Of a DNA stretch of 64,000 bases, positions 10,530 through 21,426 are shown one piece after another; positions within the stretch are counted from its first letter, which is position 1; every line of letters starts with the position of its first letter. Source of the stretch: Bugula neritina (lineage: Eukaryota > Animalia > Bryozoa). The DNA is taken from assembly GCA_964035545.1 (NCBI GenBank), contig OZ037768.1, positions 17,963,700 through 18,027,699 on the forward strand. Direction: 5' to 3'. Made by a program: the position numbers and the translations under genes. The notes below the pieces were generated by a model, which was not told the DNA's origin, did not search any database, and worked only from the letters and a program-made list of their open reading frames with translations.

Positions 10530-13406
10530 ATGGCCGAATTAGAAATTGGTAAACATTGTTCTCATGCAGAATGTAAACAGTTAGGTAAGAAATTTCATGA
10601 TTTTCTAACTTGCTTAAACTATATTTTAAGCACCGTCAATCTATTTGTAGAATATAAATAAATAAATAAATAATTATCACTTGGTTTTAAAAAAGTTGTT
10701 TTAGCTATTTTCTAAGTAGTCTTTAATTTCATCAATGAAACACTGTCTTTTTTAAAAAAAGTTTGGTCATTTTTAATTTAAGGTAAAAATTTTCATTTCA
10801 AAATTTTCTTGATGTTCTTGAATGTGTGTGTATATATTTATATAAATTATCTCTGCTTTAGATTTTCTTCCATTTTCTTGCGATGGGTGCCACAAAACGT
10901 TTTGGTAAGCAGTTGTAATGTTATTTTTTCATTTCCGTGTACACTAAATGACAAGCATACTTTACATTAAATGCATTATCATTTTGTATATTCCATTGTG
11001 GGATTAGTTTCATCAAACAGTGGTAGTCTATTAATTTATTCACTATTTATTTATAAAAAAACTAATAATATAATTTGTTACAGCAAAGAGCATCAAGTTA
11101 AAGACAGACACAACTGTCCCAGTATTCACCAATCAAGCTCTCACACAAACTCATCCTCTCCCTTTTTGACATACTCTTGTTCGTACTCCGGGTGTAGTCA
11201 AAGACAGCTCGTTCCAGTACCCTGTGACCAGTGTGAGGCTAACTACTGCCTGCTGTTTGTATAGTTTATTCAACTTGTATAATGTTTTTAACTATTTTTA
11301 AGATTTCAAAATGTTAATACTCTAAAGTCTAAATTGATTATAAATTATTGTTATAAACATTTAAGCATTTTCAAGCAAATGGTTTGGGTTCATTGTAGTA
11401 TTTGTACTTTAAAAGATTTATTTGCAAATCATTTTGTGTTTGCATAAATATGCAAGGGGGAAAAGACGATTATCTTACCTTTTTGAGTTTTTTTGCTTTT
11501 ATCAAGAATGTCATTGAATTTATTTAAAAGTTGACACTCATTACTATTTTTGTAGCCTCTTTGGCTCAGTAAAACTTAAATTATGTACAGCTAAAAAAAT
11601 TATATAAGTATAAAAACTGGTGTAACTACTTGTAGACACCGGCACGCTGTAGATCACAACTGTTCTGCTCTGGATGCTAAGCCAAAGACTAAATATATGG
11701 AAGCTACGGCACACCATGTCAAAAATATTATAAGTATGCATCAAATATTTATGACTTTCAAATATTATAAAATTGGCTTATTTGACTTTATATGTGAAAT
11801 AATATGTAAGAGTATAATATAGGCTTTTAGATTTTAAGTAATAAGAGCTAATGGGCTTAAAACACTCAAATCAAGTTATGTATGTAAAATATTATTATTT
11901 TTACTCAAATACATGAACTGGTTTATTTTTCTGTAAATATTTAGCAGGTAATAGTGGCAATAGTAAGACAGGCAAACAGATCTCTACCAAATCAAAGAAA
12001 TCCACAGCTCTTGCTAATAAAATAGCTTTAATGAATATCAAGTCTTCTGCTAAAGGTGATGCAGGTGTGCCTGTAGAGAGTCGTGTTTATTTCAGCATTT
12101 TGTTACCTAGCAACGGGCCTTCTTCAGCATCTTCCAAATGCTCCAATATGTGGTTCGACCAGGTATGGAATTGATTTTATATTAAGCATTGCAAGTTTAT
12201 TAAACTTAGAGACTTTATATAAAACTAAGTCAACTAACTCACTATTCACTGAGTCAACCAACTCACTATTCACTAAGTCATCTAACTCACTATTCACTGA
12301 GTCAACTAACTCACTATTCACTGAGTCGACCAACTCACTATACATATATTGGCTTATCTTACTGTATGTTGGCTTTTAATGTGATATACCAGTTTTGGGT
12401 TTACCCAGCCGCCCCTGTGGTGTAATGGTTAGCGCACCTGCTGTCAAGGTGGAAGTCTCGGTGAGGCCAACATTATTTTACTATTCATCTCAAATGAAAT
12501 GTTTATGTCATGTCTAATTGTAATAACCTCAGAAAACTGGCTGTTAGACATCAACCAGTACATGGCTATAAATTATACAAGAGATGAAATAGTTGTAAAT
12601 TTCGGAGTTGTGGAACCTTGCTCCTGTTGCATGCTACTTCTTCAATTCACTCTTTGTATCTGAAAATATGGCATACTATGTACAATCATCTACATACTCT
12701 ATATAAAACCACTGCCGTTATTCGTACCATTGAAATATGCATATGATTTTTCCAACATATGACAGATAAATCAGATACATTTACTAACCAAACCAATTGG
12801 GCATATCTTGATATGTGAAAGGACTGTCACTGTAGCCACTAGTGAAAGAAAATTCTCCATCAACATAATTATCATAATGTATCAATACGAAATAGTTTGT
12901 GTGCGCACAATTAAACAGCAGCACATTTTCAAGTTTAATCTGTTAGCTTTTTGTATTTCAGGAGTGGACAGTTGGACGAGTAGTAGATTGTGTGAGTAAG
13001 AGTACAAACCTTAGGAATGACAACAACAGAGAAACTAGTCCAGTAAGTTCAGAATTTACTATTAAAATGATTTTCAACCAGTTTTTATGGACAACTTTTC
13101 CTAGCATTGTTGCTATATTATAATAGCAATTATTATAATTATGATGTTACTTAAAGGTATACTAATAACAATGCTTGCCTTTATCACATTTGTACTTGTG
13201 CAGTGAAATATGTTACCAATAATATTAAAATTACCTTTCATTTACATTTGTAGAAGTTGATGTTAAAAGCAGCTTCACTGCCTGAGGACCCAGAGTTTGA
13301 GTACTTCAGTATGAATATGAAGCTGGTTGACATTATTAGCAGTGGAATGCTGCACAATGGATCTTCTGTAGAACTGTGCTATGTTGATGGAGCATCTCTG
13401 CCTTAA
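10530..13406 (+). CDS. ZFAND1: AN1-type zinc finger protein 1 (two AN1 fingers plus ubiquitin-like C-terminus)
   Basis: Exons 10530-10584, 10862-10904, 11084-11254, 11636-11733, 11945(or 11948)-12162, 12962-13042, 13254-13406. MAELEIGKHC...DFLPFSCDGCHKTFCKEH...C..YCLLHRHAVDHNC...ALMNIKSSAKGD...RVYF...WTVGRVVD...LRNDNN...LHNGSSVEL follows the recognisable ZFAND1 pattern. Confidence 0.93.
12226..12340. repeat. Minisatellite, 24-bp unit x ~4.7 (ZFAND1 intron)
   Basis: (T[A/G]AGTCAACTAACTCACTATTCAC)n with few substitutions. Confidence 0.9.
12408..12470 (+). mobile_element. tRNA-derived SINE head fragment
   Basis: GCCCCTGTGGTGTAATGGTTAGCGCACC A-box/D-arm-like start; no T-arm or acceptor stem. 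Confidence 0.45.
12780..12865 (+). pseudogene. Possible degenerate hAT transposase C-terminal dimerisation fragment
   Basis: VTVATSERKFS resembles the hAT PVTVASAERSFS motif; surrounding frame is broken. Confidence 0.3.
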
Positions 13407-14558
13407 CATATGCTAATTCCATGTCACAGCTTGTTTATTGCACGAGTTGTCTTTGGCAAATTGTTGTACTTGCTTAAAATGTAAACCTGGTAGTTTTTAA
13501 TATTATTTTCACATAAATTTATTCTGTTTACTGTTTACTCTGTTTTACAGTATGGTCCATGAATAATAATAAGTATTTATTATCATAATCTGTGCATGTG
13601 TAATATACATAAAGTAAATAAATTTTAATTTATGCAAAATTCAGCTAAACAATTTTAATTTTAGCTTCAACACATTTTACTTGTATAGGCATTTTAAAAA
13701 CTTAGTAGCTGCAATGTTAATTTACATATATTTTGACATTGTTTGTAGATAAATAACAATATTGTATTGGTCCTATTGAGTAGTGTATTAAATAGCAAAG
13801 TACAAAGTACTTTTTGAAATTTAGTTCAATAAATCATTGCTTGAAGTCTGCTGGAAAATTTGCTAGGAACTGTGATCTGTCTAAAAAGAATGTGATGCCT
13901 TTTGAAACCAGAATACAGTTATTTGTATGATGATGTTTACAATCAGTGCCATATGTTGGTTTACAAGCTGATTAACAGTACAATATACCTAGAATTCGTT
14001 GTAACTCTTGTGTATAAACTGTATATCCTCAACAAAATGCTTTAGCTGGTGTGTACTGTACATTGCATTGCATTACAGAGCATAAATGTGCTGAATTTAA
14101 TGTAATGTACAAATAGAAGCAAGTTAATTGTTTGTACTTATTCTCAACATAAAACCTTTCTTTTTATTCTAGATATATATAAAAGTAGGCATACAGTAGC
14201 TTACAAAACAATTAAGTCGAACTAGCTCTTTTAAAACATGTTTTATAATATAAAGTGAATTAAAAATTTATTCATAGTTAATGGCTACACTTTTAGACAG
14301 CATGCTTTGCTTGCTGTAATGTTGCAAGCAATATCTGTCTTAATGACATAAACAAAAATGTCTGAAAAAAATACTGTAGAATGCTTATTATTGAAGAAAA
14401 ATGGCAGAATTATAGCCTATATGCTTTCAAATTTGTTAGTGGTGAGTGAATCAATTACTGATAAGGCAGCTTATTCATAAGAAGCTAGCTAGTGTACCAA
14501 AACTTTATTCATTCACAGTCTCTGAAGCTTTCACAGCTGTTAGTCACAAAGTTTCAAA

Positions 14559-14765
14559 ATGAAGAACAGCATTTTCTGTTTGTTTGTAGTCTGCCTGCTT
14601 GCATACAGTGCTTATGCTATTCTGGAGCCATGTATCAATGGCTGCGAGTGTGCGAAGGAGTGGATGAAGTGTGTAGATCTCTTTAAGTTGAGTAAGGAGG
14701 GAGAACATGACAGACAGAATGGACTGTGTGACACAGGTAGCTTTGCTTGCATTGGAGGTCTCTAA
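14559..14765 (+). CDS. Small secreted cysteine-rich peptide (68 aa; signal peptide plus 48-aa mature region with 6 Cys)
   Basis: MKNSIFCLFVVCLLAYSAYA|ILEPCINGCECAKEWMKCVDLFKLSKEGEHDRQNGLCDTGSFACIGGL*. Classic basic-hydrophobic-AxA signal, AAAATG start context, strong donor CAG|GTAAGA just after the stop and acceptor TTTCAG at 15960 (3'UTR intron). Confidence 0.72.
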   Translation: MKNSIFCLFVVCLLAYSAYAILEPCINGCECAKEWMKCVDLFKLSKEGEHDRQNGLCDTGSFACIGGL

Positions 14766-15118
14766 CCTCACAGGTAAGAACTGCATTGCAATTTTTAATT
14801 ACTTGGTGGCCCACTAGTCATCATTCCTGCTGATTTAACATGTGGACATGTGAGTGGAGAAATTAGAGAGAGGTCAAAAAACAGCTTTAGGCTTCTTTTA
14901 GAAAGCTGGCATTGCATGCTACTATTTTTGTCATTTCTGCACTTAAAAAAACACTTCATGAACAATTATCATGACTACAATCTTTTTAAAGATCACAATG
15001 GACATTTGCTTATTACACTACACTACATACACCATACCATACACACTGTATCACATATACTGTGCATATGGTGGTAATAGCATGCATTTGTCAGAGATGA
15101 CAATCACATATATTATAT

Positions 15119-15780
15119 TGTAATGGATTTCAGATTATGTTATTATCGAAAGGATAACTCTTTGTGGCTTACTCTCTATACGCTTGGCATAATGGCTATA
15201 AGTACTGGAGATCAATTATCATAATAGCTGACAATTGGAATGCGTACAATCTGCTGGACAATTATTGCTAGCTACTAATGCACGCAGCTAAACAAGGCAA
15301 GACTAGTTAAATGGGATCAACAACTGTAAGAGGCGTAGATGGTTGGCACTGACAGTTAGTGTGCTCAGTAGAAGATGATAGCGTTATGCTTGTGGATGGA
15401 GTTAATTAGCATCGAAAAGGTCAACTCTACATTGTATGCTATAGTAGAGCTCGACACTGTCGGAGTGTAACTATGGACAGTAGTGGCACCATTAGTAGCC
15501 ACCAATCAGGACAGTCACACTAATTGATAGCAGGTGGAGCTAGCTACTCGTAGTTGCAGTGCGCTGAGTAGCTAGCCGGCAGAGCAGCTTGGGACTTCAT
15601 TTAGAACAGTTGTGTATTAAAGCTCACTAATTATGTAATCGTTTTCTATTCATGCTAGCAGTAAATAACCTTCTTGTATTTGTGTAAATAATAAAGTATC
15701 TTATCGTAAACAACCTGTCGCAGTGGCTTTGATTAAGTAGACCCACAAATAATAATAGTGAACTGGCAAAATTCACTACA
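15119..15780 (+). mobile_element. Solo LTR (662 bp, 4-bp TSD)
   Basis: TGTAATGGATTT...AAATTCACTACA termini (TG..CA, imperfect terminal IR), ATAT on both sides, internal AATAAA about 90 bp from the end. Confidence 0.8.
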
Positions 15781-15794
15781 ATATGGTATGCTAA

Positions 15795-15862
15795 ACTACA
15801 TACACTACTCTACACTGCACTGCACTGTACTGCACTGTCCTACACTACACTACATTATACAC
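15795..15862. repeat. Pentanucleotide microsatellite (ACACT/ACTGC)n
   Basis: actacatacactactctacactgcactgcactgtactgcactgtcctacactacactac. Confidence 0.75.
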
Positions 15863-16269
15863 AGCATCAACTTCACTAGGCTATACATGTGCACCGCATT
15901 ATAATATATGCTATATTTCACATACATAAATTATTCATACCTTCTTATTTTGTATTTCAGCTGTGAAAAGATGCCCTTGGCCTCCAGAAAGCAATATGCT
16001 AAGTGTTCCTATATAAGGTTATCTAACATAAAACTAATAATTCAATATAATTTTATAATCAGCAAATGATGTATTAATAAATTCACAATTCTCACTACTA
16101 TTATGAGGTCTTCTTTTAAGCATGATGAAATATTGAATAGAATTGAAAAGTTCCAAAAAAATATTTTTACACAGTGTTAAGATTATACAATACCTACGAT
16201 AATTAATTATTATCACGAAAAAGCCAAGTAAAGTGATGATGATGACTTGTGATGATTGATGGGGGTATA

Positions 16270-16390
16270 TATTGGAACTTGGAACCCCCAACTCCAAACT
16301 CGAGAACTCGCAAACTACTGCACTCTGTCACCCCCCAACTCGGAGCTGTTTATAGAACCATTTCAGTGCGCACGCCCTAAGTGAACGTAT
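16270..16390 (+). repeat. Dispersed segment shared with 5590-5687; candidate promoter of NLR-like gene B
   Basis: Same CCCCCAACTC-containing blocks as at 5590-5687, in the sense orientation of the respective paralogue. Confidence 0.65.
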
Positions 16391-16408
16391 ATATAATAAT
16401 ATTATATT

Positions 16409-16440
16409 CATCGAACTCAATAATATTATCCAGCTCAGTG
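16409..16440 (+). mobile_element. 32-bp insert with 8-bp TSD (putative P-element excision footprint), copy 3
   Basis: ATTATATT [CATCGAACTCAATAATATTATCCAGCTCAGTG] ATTATATC (7/8 TSD match). Confidence 0.7.
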
Positions 16441-16696
16441 ATTATATCGTTCCGAGTTGCTTTTTAGTGGGACAACTCTGTATATAACAATAGCTTGATC
16501 AGTTTGAATACACTAATTTACTTACGGCTATGCCTGTTCAGTTTCACTTTAATGTTATTTATAATAAATAATAAAATTTATACTAGTTCATCTTATTTTT
16601 CAATTTAGTAATCGTTATGACTTATATGTATGATAATTATATATAATAATAATAGGTCGGTATAGCTAAATTGACAATTACTTTTAGTTTTAGTGA

Positions 16697-16716
16697 ACTA
16701 CTACTACTACTACTAG

Positions 16717-16769
<53 letters not shown>

Positions 16770-16886
16770 GTACTAGTAGTAGTACTAGTACTAGTAGTAG
16801 TACTAAGTCTAACTACTACCAGTACTAGTACTAGTAGGTAGTACTAGTAGTACTACAGTACTTCTAGTAGTACTAGTACTAGTAGT
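16697..16886. repeat. (TAC)n/(TAG)n microsatellite with local strand inversions; Gypsy target site
   Basis: About 24 near-perfect TAC units, then mixed TAC/TAG/AGTACT palindromes; the tract resumes at 25710 after the Gypsy element. Confidence 0.9.
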
Positions 16887-17081
16887 TGTTTATGCTATGT
16901 TTGCTTCATAGATTCAGAGACCGGTCAAAGAGTTTAAGATAGTTTATTGCTCAAGATATTAAAGGTCCACTCTGGATAGATCTAAAAGCACGAACTGACT
17001 ATTATTAATAACACGAATAACATAGTATAAAGTATAAACCTTTACAAACAAAGACAAAGCTTATTCAGCATATCATCAACA
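16887..17081 (-). repeat. 3' LTR of Gypsy element
   Basis: 195-bp direct repeat of 25517-25709, adjacent to the polypurine tract. Confidence 0.95.
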
Positions 17082-17496
17082 TCCCCTTTACAAATCTTTG
17101 ACAATGTTAAACAAACAAACGAAAAAAACTAAACAAAAAATTAAGAATTGATACATGAACAAGTAATACGATTTTGTTATTAATAGTCTATAGCAGATTA
17201 GCATATTATTACAAGATTGTCTCCCTTGTTAATTTAAAGTACATTATATTATTTTCTGGGTTTGGGCTATTTAAATCCTTTTTTTTTTTCTTTCAAGAGT
17301 TTATTGTCTGATTGCCTTCGGTCAGATACTTCGATACTTCGACTTTAGCACACGCTAGATCACCATAAGGCGCAAGAGGTGTGCCTCAGCAGCTTGTTAC
17401 AATACATTTGACATAGAATTATAACTGTATTTGCATACATTATGCATTTTAAATTTGGTAATTGTAGTACCTTTCAGGTTATCATTTATCAAGTAT

Positions 17497-20215
17497 TTAG
17501 GGAGTTCCAATTCTTAGGTCTCTAATAGTGCGTGGTAAGAAGCTGATATGATATGCTGTGCACATGGCAGATATCGCAGTTGGTATTCCGTTAGAGGCAG
17601 CCCTCGTGGTAACCGTAGCGGTTGACTTGTCCCTGTTCAGTTCAGTGTAGCTGGAAGATAATGCCTGATGACATTCTTCTTTGGACAAGATCTTCAAAAG
17701 GAGGGTTATTCGTAGGCTTTTGCGACGATCTTCCAGTGATGATATGTTGAGTTGTTCTCTTGCATCACTGATGCTAGCCTCCCGGCTTTTGAGACAGCAG
17801 ATGAATCTAATAGCTCGGTTCTGGACTAACTCAATTTCTTTCACAAGTTGCTTTGTTACAGGATCCCAAGTGGTTGCAGCGTATTCTAGTATAGGTCTGC
17901 AGAGAGTCATATATGCCAGCAGCTTTGCTTTCTTGGGAGCTCCATAGAGGGATAGCTTTAGCATGCCAAGAACCTTGTATGCTTTGTTTATTTTCTTAGT
18001 TATGTGGCTGTGAAACTTGAGGTTAGATTGTAGTGTAACTCCAAGGTAGGTAATCTCATCTACGTAGGGCAATGTTTCTCCCCCTAGTCGATATGATGGT
18101 TGAATTAGGGGATCTTTGCCAAATGACATGATTCGGCATTTTGAGGAGTTGAACGGCATCTTCCACTTCAGAGACCAATTCTCAATCTGTTCAATATTCT
18201 TTTGGAATTTTCGGACATCATCTAGGAAGTCCACCTCTTGAAAAATCAGTGTGTCATCAGCAAATAAACTGACACTGCAACTTAGTAGATCAGGGAGATC
18301 ATTGATGTAAAGAAGGAATAGGGTGGGCCCCAGAACAGAGCCCTGTGGAACGCCAGAAAAGACTGGTAATCTACCAGAAGAGTGGCTATCTATGATTACT
18401 TGCTGCTCTCGCTTTGTCAAAAAATTCTGGAGCCATCAGAGTATGTGAGGATTAATTCCATCAACGACGCTTAACTTATGTATGAGTAGCTTGTGGGGGA
18501 CTTTGTCGAAGGCCTTCTGGAAGTCGAGAACAAGAGCATGAGTGGTGTGAGAGTTGTTCATTGATCTGGCAATTTCATGGAGGGTTCCACAAAGCTGTGT
18601 TTCGCAGGACAAGCCACGACGGAAACCATGTTGACGATTATGGAGGATGGGATCTAACAGTTTATTGAGATAGTGTAGCACAATGTGTTCCAGTAACTTG
18701 CAAGGTATACTGGTTAATGATATTGGTCGATAGTTGTTTGGCATATCTAGCTGGCCTTTCTTGTGGACAGGGATGATGTTGGCTAGCTTCCATCCCGCAG
18801 GAAGTTTGGCACTGCGCAAGGATGCGTTAAAGATTAGTGTTAGGCAGTTGGCTATCAATCTAGTATCGATGCAGAGATCCTCTTTGTTAAGTCCGTCCGG
18901 ACCAGGTGCCTTACCAGTTTTGAGATCGTTCAGAAGCTTTTCCACCCCATCGGAAGTCACATTCAGATCATTATCATCAGAGTGATAAGGGAGGTCGTCG
19001 GTGTAGAAATCTTGCTGGCAGAACTGTTGCTGAAAGAAATTATTGAGCATCTCAGCATTTTCTCGAGGATCAGTTGTGGAAGTACCATTAGGGTGAGTAA
19101 GTGTCAGCATGGGTTTTGTTTTGTTCTGAATATTCTTCAGATATTTAAAGAAGGGTTTGCTGTTTCCAGCTTCCAATGGTCCGCATACCACTTCAGTGGT
19201 ATAGTTGTTCCTTAGTTCTCTCAGAGTGCGTTTAGTGTCGCGTCTTTGTTGTTTGTATTTTGTCAGAATTAAAGGGTCATTTGTTTGTTTAAATTTGTTA
19301 TACGTTTCGCGTTGTTTCTGGACTAGCTTCTTCGCTCTAAGATTGAACCATGCAGGTTGATCACCTTTTGGTTTGCATATTCTTATAGGGACGTGGTTAG
19401 AGATTGAGGTTCTAAGTTGGGAGACAAACAGCGGCCACATGCTATCGACATCACTCATTTCTTCCAGCTGAAGTTGTACATGAGACATTTGTTCTCGGAA
19501 ACCCTCAATATTAGCTTGGCGGTATAGTTTAATGTATTTCAATTGAGGTGCGACACTAGTAGTAGCCACTCTATGTTGTATAGAAGCCTCAATAAGAAAG
19601 TGGTCACTTAAGCCAGGTTCAACAATATTGATTGATTGAATGTCTTTGGGTTGATTTGTGAGAATGAGATCTAAAGTATTACCCTGGATGTGAGTAGGTT
19701 GGTCAATGAGTTGAGTCAGGTTATTTTCAGCAATTAAATTGAGAAACTCTCGGTGAAGGGCGTGATATTGGCAGTTTTTTTTAATTGGGTATATTTCCAA
19801 TCAACATTGGGAAGATTGAAATCACCAGTTATGATTATTCGATCGGTAGGATATTTGCTAGAAATTTCTTCGAGGAGAAGCCAAAATTGAGAGAGACTGT
19901 GTGCAATGTTGGGTCTATAGAAACACCCAATAATAGTATTATCATCTAGTCTTAGGACAACTATTTCCAGGTCTGCTGATCCGACTTCTACATGTTTAAC
20001 ACTCAGTTTATTGTCAATGGCAATCATTACACCACCACCGTGAAGGTTCCTATCACATCGAAAGACAGTCTTCTGAGAGAGATCCAGGATTTGTTTATCA
20101 GTGACACTCTCATCAACATGGGTTTCAGTGACACACACTATATCGTAATTCATAGCAAGAGATGTCAATTCTGGGGATTTGCCCTTGACAGACCTGGCAT
20201 TCAGTAGTAGTAGTC
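17497..20215 (-). pseudogene. LINE ORF2: apurinic endonuclease + reverse transcriptase, two frameshifts
   Basis: LLNARSVKGK, VTETH, GDFNLP, LDLILTN, SDH (APE); KAPGPDG, NYRPISLTS, GVPQGSVLGP, FADD, SFLPRTIRD (RT). Split over ORFs 19734-20168, 18436-19800 and 17497-18420. Confidence 0.93.
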
Positions 20216-21181
20216 TTAGGGGGTGAGTTGACTCTCTATTGCTGGGTTCATATTGACCCAGTCCCCCGAATTCTGTGTTTTTGTTTGTATTTTACCTCCT
20301 CGTATACGATACTCAGCATCGTTATTTGAAGATCTCAGTAATTTAACTTGTTGTCTCATGTTGTATTCTTCATCTCGTACTTCCTTACTAGTGTCCAACT
20401 TGCAGAAAAAACCTTCAGCTTTCAAGGTTGAGTTCACGCGCTTCACAAAAACCCATTTGGCTTTTTCATCATCAAAGACTACCTTAACCGGGCGAGGCTT
20501 AGTGCCTACTCTTCCAAGCCGAAAAGCTTGGGAAGGAAAGGTCACATGCTGGAAGTTTCCAGAATCCATTAGCTCTTTTACATGATCGATAGCACCTTTT
20601 TCTCGGTTTTCAGCCATACCATATAAAATGGCATTTAGTTTTCGGGTCTCATTCTCTGAGTGAGCAAGGGACTTTTTATTCACTGTTTGTGCAGAGGCGT
20701 TTATCTCTATAGATTTTTTTATGTTTTCCTGGTTTGTTTGGAGGACACTGCTATATGTTTTTTCGAAAGTTTGGAGTTGGTCAGTAAGTGATTTGTCTTG
20801 TTGTAAAATGCTTGTGGAGAGCTTACCAATTACCTCTTCAATTTTGTTTAGCCGATCACTGACTGATTCCATGCCAGTGTTATTAGGTGTTTTACTAATT
20901 GACTTCGTTTGTGGCAGGCAGGTTTCACAGCACCATAGTACACCCTTCGCATTTGCTGCTTTGCTGATGTAACCAATTTCGGAGTTTGATAGATTTTGGC
21001 AGAGAGCATGAAACCAGTGCTGACATAAGTCACACAAAATCCACTTCGAATCAATCTTCTGTTTTCGGTTTTTAGCATTAGTTATAAAGCAATCCTCTTG
21101 CTTGCAGGAATAGCATTTCTCAGATTCTGTATTCGAACCATCACCACTGGCACAAACTATGTCACTGTTAGTTTGAGACAT
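20216..21181 (-). CDS. LINE ORF1 protein (PHD finger, coiled coil, RRM-like C-terminus)
   Basis: CYSC...WILCDLCQHWFHALC...WCCETC PHD finger; NAILYGMAE and RLGR...RPVKVVF motifs typical of CR1/L2 ORF1; 321 aa uninterrupted. Confidence 0.9.
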   Translation of the reverse strand: MSQTNSDIVCASGDGSNTESEKCYSCKQEDCFITNAKNRKQKIDSKWILCDLCQHWFHALCQNLSNSEIGYISKAANAKGVLWCCETCLPQTKSISKTPNNTGMESVSDRLNKIEEVIGKLSTSILQQDKSLTDQLQTFEKTYSSVLQTNQENIKKSIEINASAQTVNKKSLAHSENETRKLNAILYGMAENREKGAIDHVKELMDSGNFQHVTFPSQAFRLGRVGTKPRPVKVVFDDEKAKWVFVKRVNSTLKAEGFFCKLDTSKEVRDEEYNMRQQVKLLRSSNNDAEYRIRGGKIQTKTQNSGDWVNMNPAIESQLTP

Positions 21182-21426
21182 ATCAATTAATTGATTTAAA
21201 ATGAAAAATTCGAACGTTTGTGGGGATAATTTATTCTATGTTGAAACTTTTTTTTTAATTGCAATTGTAGATAAATTTTTGCTGCTGAGGCACTTTCTTA
21301 CTAAAAGTTGAAGAGAATTTTCACTAGATAGGTATAGATATAAATTTATGAAAATTTACTAAGAGCGCCAGTAAAAGCACGACCGTCTCGCGTAATCGTA
21401 AAAAAAAAAAACTTAGGTATAATTAT

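Larger units (their letters stand above)
17325..21399 (-). mobile_element. Full-length CR1-group LINE (PHD ORF1 + APE/RT ORF2) nested in the Gypsy 3' region
   Basis: 5' end ACGATTACGCGAGACGGTCGTGCTTTT next to a T-run; intact ORF1; ORF2 in three frameshifted pieces; structured 3'UTR and (GAAGTATC)2 tail at 17325-17340. Confidence 0.93.

Noticed and set aside
12226-12340. Regular 24-bp repeats resembling a CRISPR array, and the ORFs 12083-12379 / 12124-12345 running through them
   Set aside because: Units are contiguous with no unique spacers, lie in a eukaryotic intron, and the ORFs are open only because the unit length is a multiple of 3.
12408-12470. Functional tRNA genes here, at 73-150 and at 44425
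   Set aside because: Only A-box/D-arm-like parts are present; no complete cloverleaf or terminator. Treated as SINE heads.
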